This document shows positions 57,769 through 64,000 of a DNA stretch of 64,000 nucleotides, one piece after another (position 1 is the stretch's first letter; every line of letters begins with the position of its first letter). Position numbers and translations under genes: made by a program. The notes below the pieces were generated by a model, which searched no databases, was not told the origin of the DNA, and saw only the letters and a list, made by a program, of their open reading frames with translations. Source of the DNA: Candidatus Algichlamydia australiensis. Its GTDB lineage: Bacteria; Chlamydiota; Chlamydiia; Chlamydiales; JAJFMI01. The stretch spans positions 23,403-87,402 of the forward strand of contig JAXCHI010000001.1 of NCBI GenBank assembly GCA_033977065.1, given 5' to 3'.

Positions 57769-57981
57769 TATGTAATGTACGAAGTTTTAGGTGAGAATTC
57801 TGTTGCTGTTCCAACTCATTTTTTCAAAGTTGCTATTGCTGATGAGCAACATTGGATTTATGTAGTTCCTAACCATGAAATTAATCAAAAAGGGTCATTT
57901 GAAGATTTTTTGATTTCTGTAGATGAATTTGAAAGTATTTCCGGATGACGCAAACCTTTACAAGAATCCAACTATATGAAT

Positions 57982-60816
57982 TTATTTTGAAAACATCTTA
58001 TTGTATATCTTCTTTCCTCCATTAATAAAAGAAGTTTTAGATTCAAAATGTTCATATAAATCCCTGTCTATCTCTTCTTCTATATAGGATTTTTTATGAG
58101 TCATTCCCTCTTGAAGTACTGATTTATGATGCGAGAGCATTTCTTGTTGTTCATCCTTAGCATTTCTTGTTGAAGAATCAATATTCGATTCAGAATCCAT
58201 ATTCCTAATCTCTGTTTTTCCTCGTTCAGATAGTAAAACGCTTTCTTTTTCAAAATGTGACTCACTTTTTGGCATCTCTCCGAGGTTTTCCTGGTGAGAG
58301 CGGTGTATTGACACTTGATCACCTTCAAAATTTCCTTCAGGACGGTATGTTTGAATAAATCCATCAATTAAAGTCCTTTTTTCAGAACTATTGCTAGGTA
58401 AATTCATAACTTCAGCAACTTTCCCCGAGTCTCTCCCATATTGATCTCTCGTATATTCTACAAATCTCTGGTTGAGATTTTGTTGGAGTGATAGGTTTTC
58501 ACTCTCTGTTATACTGCTTAATTCTGAAAGGGCTTGCTGCCTTGTATAGGCGGATCTCCACTGCTCTGATGTTGAATCTGCTTGGTTCCATGAATGAGAG
58601 AGGTCCTCATGCAGTCTTGTATCCTCAGATCCCATAAGGCTTTTCACGTCTGAGGTTGATAAATTTCTTATGGTTTGAAGGTGTTCTTGGAATTGGTCTG
58701 TGCTTGCATATCTTGCTGCTTCATTATCAGAGTATGAGAGAGAGGCTCCTCCCTGCTTTGAATATTGTGTTCCTCCATCGATACCTCCAAATATAGGCGC
58801 TTTAAGACCTACAGATACACCGGCAGATATCAATTCCCGCATTCCTTCATCACGGCTGATTCCTTTCGAGGAAGCGTATTCATTAGAAATAGAATTTAAG
58901 AAGTGAACAGCTTCTTGTTGGCTTGTCATCTCTTGCGAGTTAGAACTATGACCCGTTTGTATCTGTTTGCTCAATGCATTTACAAGGCCGACTGCTTTAT
59001 TGGAGGTATCTGTGATGGTATCAGATGTTGCTCTACTTGAATCTGTTAATGCCGTTTCCGATGAATTCAATGACTCCTGTAGAGAGGAGCTAAAGGTATC
59101 AGATTTTGTAATCCCCTCTCTAAGGTAGGAATCGTTTTGTCTGAGGTATAGATTGTCACTGCTATCTACGTGACTTAAAGTTTCTGATCCTTGGTCAATA
59201 CTTGTTTTTCCTAGGGATAGAGATCCTGAGTAATTTTGTTGCAAATGCTGAGCGTTGTTTGCATTTGTGTTGTCTAGGCTAACATTTCCGTAGCTGTAAT
59301 TACCTGTTGTCATTTCTGCGGCTGAGGTTGCTGCGGCTGTTTGTGAAGGGCCTGTAAGGGATGAAGAGAGATGGACCATCTGAGAGACTCCCCCTTTCAA
59401 AATCACCCACGAGAGAAAGGGAATAAAAGCCATAGAAATCGCTGCAATGGCCTCCATTGAGGAGTAAAGGTCTGATAACCCTTCTGATGTAGTTAAGGTT
59501 AATTCACTACATGATCCAAAGTTGCGCATTTTACCCATATTCCATAATGAGGAGAGGAGAAAATTCACAATGACGTAGAAAGGAGGCCAAATATTTACCC
59601 AAAGGCAAAATTGGACCCAATTTAATAAGGGCTTTATTCCAAAGGAAAGGAGGGAAAAGATGATAACCAGAGGAAACATCGTGTAGATAATCGCTTCGAA
59701 ATAATTCTGCGTTGCTACTATAGAGCGGGCACCAAGAGCCCCAAGAATTTTTTGTTGGTTTTGTTGTTGAAGGTCTGCTCGTTTAACAGCAAAGCTATCT
59801 ATGTCTCCGGGGAGCTCTTCTTTGAGTACGTCTATAGCGAGCTGTTGCTTCATGAGGTCTTTTAAGCCGCTTTTTCCATTTTTATTATGGTTTAGCAAGA
59901 ATCCAAGATCACTAGCAATTTCTTCTATTGCTATCTTCTTTGCTTCACTCTTTGGATGACCAAGTTGTTCACGAATGGCCTTTATTGCATCTTTGCAAGA
60001 GTAAAAACTTCCAGCTACTGATTGTTCTCCAACATCGTCTTCAGTGGCAAATTCTTTAATGAATACTGTTCTTATGTTTGAAGTATTTGATTCTAAAAAC
60101 GCTAAAATATCGGGAGTTTTAACAAGATCATCTTTGGAGTATAAGCCAACTCCAATATCTCGAAACACGCATTCACGGCAAAACTCTCTAAAACTATCTT
60201 CTAACTGAGGATTTCCTATTTTGTTTTTCTTTGCATTAAAGAACTGATCTCCTGCGTAGATATGCCCTGTCCAGTTATATTGAGAGTCATTTACCCCATG
60301 TGTAACAGCCTCGAACGCTTTTGTAAGAATATGGCTTGCTGTACTTAATAGAGTAGCAAACTTTCCCATAAAGAAAGGAATATCTTCTACTTTCTTTAGT
60401 GAAGATACGTTCGCTGATGGAGTAGATTGGACCAAATGATCGTAGATATATACGTTTGTCCTGGGAACCAATAGAAAGGTCACTATCCCTATTGCAGGGA
60501 GAAAAAAACTCTTAATTAAAGCATCTAACTTTCCTTGTGAAAGGATCATGCAAATAGAGCTAAATCCCCCAATAATTAAGGCTAATCGTATGAGTGCTTT
60601 AAAGGTTTTTCCTGTTCCGGTTTTACTATTTCCATAAACAAGCATGGAAATCCCTCGAAAAACTTTTTCTAGTAGCTCCCCTCCCCCATAGGTATGGATA
60701 GCAAGTTCACTGTTCTTTTTAGATGAGATTTTATGTTTTGATGATTTCGCCAATAAACTTGCCTGGGGAAGAAATACTAAGCTTATGAAGAGCAAGAGTT
60801 GTAGTCTTTTCATCAA
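57982..60816 (-). CDS. traG: F-type mating-pair stabilisation protein TraG
   Basis: IHTYGGGELL N-terminus, TM block with WVNIWPP, GNYSYGNVS and a long Ser-rich tail; coupled to traH. Confidence 0.88.
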   Translation of the reverse strand: MMKRLQLLLFISLVFLPQASLLAKSSKHKISSKKNSELAIHTYGGGELLEKVFRGISMLVYGNSKTGTGKTFKALIRLALIIGGFSSICMILSQGKLDALIKSFFLPAIGIVTFLLVPRTNVYIYDHLVQSTPSANVSSLKKVEDIPFFMGKFATLLSTASHILTKAFEAVTHGVNDSQYNWTGHIYAGDQFFNAKKNKIGNPQLEDSFREFCRECVFRDIGVGLYSKDDLVKTPDILAFLESNTSNIRTVFIKEFATEDDVGEQSVAGSFYSCKDAIKAIREQLGHPKSEAKKIAIEEIASDLGFLLNHNKNGKSGLKDLMKQQLAIDVLKEELPGDIDSFAVKRADLQQQNQQKILGALGARSIVATQNYFEAIIYTMFPLVIIFSLLSFGIKPLLNWVQFCLWVNIWPPFYVIVNFLLSSLWNMGKMRNFGSCSELTLTTSEGLSDLYSSMEAIAAISMAFIPFLSWVILKGGVSQMVHLSSSLTGPSQTAAATSAAEMTTGNYSYGNVSLDNTNANNAQHLQQNYSGSLSLGKTSIDQGSETLSHVDSSDNLYLRQNDSYLREGITKSDTFSSSLQESLNSSETALTDSSRATSDTITDTSNKAVGLVNALSKQIQTGHSSNSQEMTSQQEAVHFLNSISNEYASSKGISRDEGMRELISAGVSVGLKAPIFGGIDGGTQYSKQGGASLSYSDNEAARYASTDQFQEHLQTIRNLSTSDVKSLMGSEDTRLHEDLSHSWNQADSTSEQWRSAYTRQQALSELSSITESENLSLQQNLNQRFVEYTRDQYGRDSGKVAEVMNLPSNSSEKRTLIDGFIQTYRPEGNFEGDQVSIHRSHQENLGEMPKSESHFEKESVLLSERGKTEIRNMDSESNIDSSTRNAKDEQQEMLSHHKSVLQEGMTHKKSYIEEEIDRDLYEHFESKTSFINGGKKIYNKMFSK

Positions 60817-62150
60817 ACCCCTCTCTCTTTTCTTCTTAGCGTTTTGTCTATTTTCATCAGGTAGTTAATCATTTGATGTTCTGTAGAAATCTTTTGGAGA
60901 TTTTCCATATTGAGAGCATGGAGTTCTTGAATAACCTCGTTTACTTGCTTGATATATTTATCAAGGTTCATAGAATCGACCTGAATGACTCGCATTGTTT
61001 CAGCTTTATGTAGCGTTTCTTTAGCAACCTCTTCTGCAAACTTTAAGACCCGTTCAAAGGCTATTAGATCACTATAGCGGTCTACTGCTATTAGCCCTCC
61101 TTTACCATTATATTGAGCCATTAGGGACAGAAGGGTTCCTATTGGAAATCGAGTTGTGGCAATCAAATCTCTTTCCTTATCACTTAAGGAGTTTGTAACC
61201 CCTTTATTTTCTAGTAAAATCTTATCTTGAATTGATTGCAGGGTCCTTTTTATAAGGAATTTCCAAGAGGATTCGGTTTGTATAATTAAAGGCTTAATCT
61301 CTACAGAAAGATTATCCTTTCCAATTTGATACGCCTTTTTAAGTGATCCTCCATACCGCAGAATTTCCATGGCTTGTTTCCACTGTGGGGGATAAACTTT
61401 TATTTCTTGATCCTTTTTCGCAACGATTGTACCTGTGATGTTCATAAATAGATTTTTCATCTCAGGTTCAATGTTCATGTCTTTCAATGCTTTCCAGGCT
61501 ACATTGTAGTCCTCAATTAAAAAGTCCTCATTTTCTTTTTCGATTTTCTGAAATGCTTTTTGCCTCTTATCTTTGTCGTCCCTACAACCATGCTTAGCTG
61601 TAATATGATCCGTAAAGAGTGAATGAGTCGTTGCCGCATGTTCACAAATGTAACTAGAAGCTCTCTGGCTCTTTGGCCAAGCTCCTTGCACAAGAGATGT
61701 AGCAAGTTCACAAGAGTTAATATTGATGCTGTTTAATTGGTTTGCCCAAGTTTGAATGGTCTTCATGTTACTAGCAATTACTGGAGAAGTAGTCTCTATT
61801 CCGAGTAGAAAAGCGTAGCCTACCCCATTCGTAGCGATGCTCTTTAGGGCCTGCTTAACCTCTTCTTTGCTTGCAATATTAATTCCACCTAAAGCGTAGT
61901 CGATCCCCCCACACCCAGCAGAAAATTTTGGTAAACTTATGTGTACAGGGTTTACATCGTAAACATTGGTTCGCGCCTCTCCTCCTCCCCCTAAAAAATG
62001 TGTTCCTAGTTGTGAATTTACGACTTCAGGAGAGGATATGCTTTTTACCGTATTATATTTATCGAAGAACTTCTCCATTTGATCATCCAAACCTGCTGAA
62101 CATGTTGCACATAGGCTTAAAATAGAAGAGAAGATTATTTTATATTTCAT
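60813..62150 (-). CDS. traH: F-type pilus assembly protein TraH
   Basis: Signal peptide, LPKFSAGCGGID, NINSCELA. Confidence 0.92.
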   Translation of the reverse strand: MKYKIIFSSILSLCATCSAGLDDQMEKFFDKYNTVKSISSPEVVNSQLGTHFLGGGGEARTNVYDVNPVHISLPKFSAGCGGIDYALGGINIASKEEVKQALKSIATNGVGYAFLLGIETTSPVIASNMKTIQTWANQLNSININSCELATSLVQGAWPKSQRASSYICEHAATTHSLFTDHITAKHGCRDDKDKRQKAFQKIEKENEDFLIEDYNVAWKALKDMNIEPEMKNLFMNITGTIVAKKDQEIKVYPPQWKQAMEILRYGGSLKKAYQIGKDNLSVEIKPLIIQTESSWKFLIKRTLQSIQDKILLENKGVTNSLSDKERDLIATTRFPIGTLLSLMAQYNGKGGLIAVDRYSDLIAFERVLKFAEEVAKETLHKAETMRVIQVDSMNLDKYIKQVNEVIQELHALNMENLQKISTEHQMINYLMKIDKTLRRKERGV

Positions 62151-62333
62151 AGATAGACGATCTATTCTTTTATCGGCGATTTTTATTAGTAATAACTCGA
62201 CACCTTATCACTATCTTCTATGCTGATGCAACCTTAAAATTTGCTTTAAATTTCTATCTTTATTTTTTGAAGTTTCACTGTGATCAACAGTAGATTTAGT
62301 TCGCAAATTCCGAACATGCTTTTTTTTAAAGGA

Positions 62334-63842
62334 TTAAACATAGTTTCTGTCTAAAAACAAGTCTTCAAGTGTAGCTTCAACAGAAATCAGTTCCTCAGAA
62401 TAAATTGTTGGTTTCAACCCATGGGTAGTAACCATCGAAAAAAAGAGCTGTTTTTTTGTTCTTGTTTGCTTACGAAAGACATCCATTTTTCTTAAAAGAC
62501 TTTTTGCATAGAGCTTATCTATTGCATAGAGTTTATCGGAGGATTTAATTTCGCAAAGCGTTATTACACCGTCTAACCTATCGAAGAGGAGATCAATCTG
62601 AGCACCCTCACTTTTTTCTTTTACTCTAGGCGCGTATCTCCAAGTTCCAACAGTAGCTCCAGGGTCAATTAAGAAAGCTTTTCTAATATGATCGATATGC
62701 TTATAACATACAGATTCAAACGCATAACCCGACCAAGATTTCCAAGAACTTAGTTTAGATTGTGACTTCCAATAACCTGCAGTTTGTATTTTTTTATATA
62801 TTGTTTTTATATTCGGTTCAATCCAGCTTAAATAAAAAAGACTGTACTCATCGTCTATAACATAATATTTTCCCTTGTCTTTGTGACCATAAGGAACAAG
62901 TCCCATAATAAACCCTGCTTCTTCTAGCTGCATTAATCTTCTAACTGTATTTCCTCCATCCGGCAATTTTGAAACTTTTATCAGCTCATTTTGACCAATT
63001 CCGTATCTTTTTTTTGCAATAATACGAATCAAGTCAACGTACGGCTTAGGATCTTCAAAAAGAGATTCAAACAAGCGATCAAACTCTTTTATAAGCGGGC
63101 CATCATCTCTAAAGCAAAGTTCATCTATGCACTGACTTGAAGACAATCCTTTACGAACAAATGACCAATATAAAGGTATCCCACCTAAAACCATGTAAAG
63201 GTCTAGAATTTGACAATTGTTTAAATGAATCTTCTTCTCTTTTAGGTACTTTTTTGCCTCATTTAGAGAGAATGGCTTTAACTGGATCGAACGTGTAACT
63301 CTATTATGTAAACCACCCTCGTTATTGATAATATTTTCAATAATCCAAGACGTTGCGGATCCACAAATAATGAGTTTTATTCTTTTGTCAAAAACCCAGT
63401 AACGATTCCAATATAATTCTAAAGCTGTTAAAAGCCTCGACCTAGGCGTTGCCATCCAGGGTAATTCATCAAAAAATAGGATAATTGTTTTATTTTTTGG
63501 CATTTCGTCAATGGCTTCCGTGAGTTTTTCAAATGCATCTATCCATCTCTTGCTTGGGATTATCGAAGGCCCATTGTAAAACGTTTTGCCAATTTGTTTT
63601 GCGAATTCTTCTAGTTGGTCCTTAGAGGTTCCCTTTTGGATTCCCGTAACGTGAAAAAACGTTCCTGAAACCGAACTCATAAAGTTTTTAATTAAATAGG
63701 TTTTTCCAATTCTTCTACGACCGTAGATTGCTATAAATTCTGACTTTTTTGACCTTATTAAGTCGTTTAAGAGCTCTTGCTCTCTTTCACGGCCAATAAT
63801 TTTTTCTGGTATTTCTCTTACTTTAGGGCTTCTTTTTTTCAT
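62334..63842 (-). CDS. AAA+ (archaeal-type) ATPase with C-terminal PD-(D/E)XK-like domain
   Basis: IIGREREQ, YGRRRIGKT, FFDELPW, ICGSA, GGIPLY, AQIDLL...LCEIK. Confidence 0.88.
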   Translation of the reverse strand: MKKRSPKVREIPEKIIGREREQELLNDLIRSKKSEFIAIYGRRRIGKTYLIKNFMSSVSGTFFHVTGIQKGTSKDQLEEFAKQIGKTFYNGPSIIPSKRWIDAFEKLTEAIDEMPKNKTIILFFDELPWMATPRSRLLTALELYWNRYWVFDKRIKLIICGSATSWIIENIINNEGGLHNRVTRSIQLKPFSLNEAKKYLKEKKIHLNNCQILDLYMVLGGIPLYWSFVRKGLSSSQCIDELCFRDDGPLIKEFDRLFESLFEDPKPYVDLIRIIAKKRYGIGQNELIKVSKLPDGGNTVRRLMQLEEAGFIMGLVPYGHKDKGKYYVIDDEYSLFYLSWIEPNIKTIYKKIQTAGYWKSQSKLSSWKSWSGYAFESVCYKHIDHIRKAFLIDPGATVGTWRYAPRVKEKSEGAQIDLLFDRLDGVITLCEIKSSDKLYAIDKLYAKSLLRKMDVFRKQTRTKKQLFFSMVTTHGLKPTIYSEELISVEATLEDLFLDRNYV

Positions 63843-63894
63843 ACTTCAACAAGTTTATTATAAGTCACTTACTAGTTAGGTAGCGTTGATTTTG

Positions 63895-63990
63895 TTTAAC
63901 CCGCCGGATTAAAAAAATTAAACTCGGCGGATTAAACGCTTATATTAATCTAAGCCGCCGGATTAAAAAAATTAAATCCGGCGGCTTAGA
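63895..63990. repeat. Tandem pair of GC-rich inverted repeats
   Basis: Perfect 16-bp stem TCTAAGCCGCCGGATT (63949-63964) / AATCCGGCGGCTTAGA (63975-63990). An imperfect copy at 63895-63936 has the same A-rich loop. Confidence 0.85.
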
Positions 63991-64000
63991 CGGTGATTTT

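Larger units (their letters stand above)
55739..57948 (+). pseudogene. DNA/RNA non-specific endonuclease (EndoG/NucA family), frameshifted and IS-interrupted
   Basis: Fragments in different frames: GYTVAYDGRTKLPYW, YKGSGFDRGHMVPAAD, LNRKFWAKLEKHIR...VITGPLF. After the IS: YVMYEVLGENSVAVPTHFFKV...ESISG* (stop 57948). Confidence 0.85.

Noticed and set aside
1..64000. tRNA or rRNA genes
   Set aside because: I recognised no cloverleaf/TpsiC or rRNA-like segments by eye; tRNAscan or Infernal would be needed to exclude them.

Overview
AT-rich window that looks like part of a large conjugative plasmid, or an integrated plasmid, of an environmental Chlamydiota bacterium. The host assignment is inferred from a pGP1/pGP2/pGP5-like replication-partition block, an NTT nucleotide translocase and Inc-like proteins. 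Left end: parA, a small RHH-like partner, dnaB (pGP1-like) and a frameshifted pGP2-like gene, followed by a 20-copy 17-bp direct-repeat array (probable origin), then Ti-type traD/oriT/traA. Right end: F-type traH-traG-traD, with an IS5-disrupted endonuclease pseudogene between traG and traD. About 40 kb of cargo lies in between: two polymorphic toxin-immunity pairs, an EamA-FkbM fusion with HD and methyltransferase neighbours, NTT, a eukaryote-like USP deubiquitinase, a U-box/ankyrin protein, a possible ART effector, Inc-like proteins and two TA modules. The most interesting non-coding structures are three directly repeated dif-like+IHF-like sites that delimit the two TA modules like cassettes, and the periodic architecture of the iteron array with IHF-like sites in its long spacers. 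All family calls come from motif recognition by eye; no database search was run.
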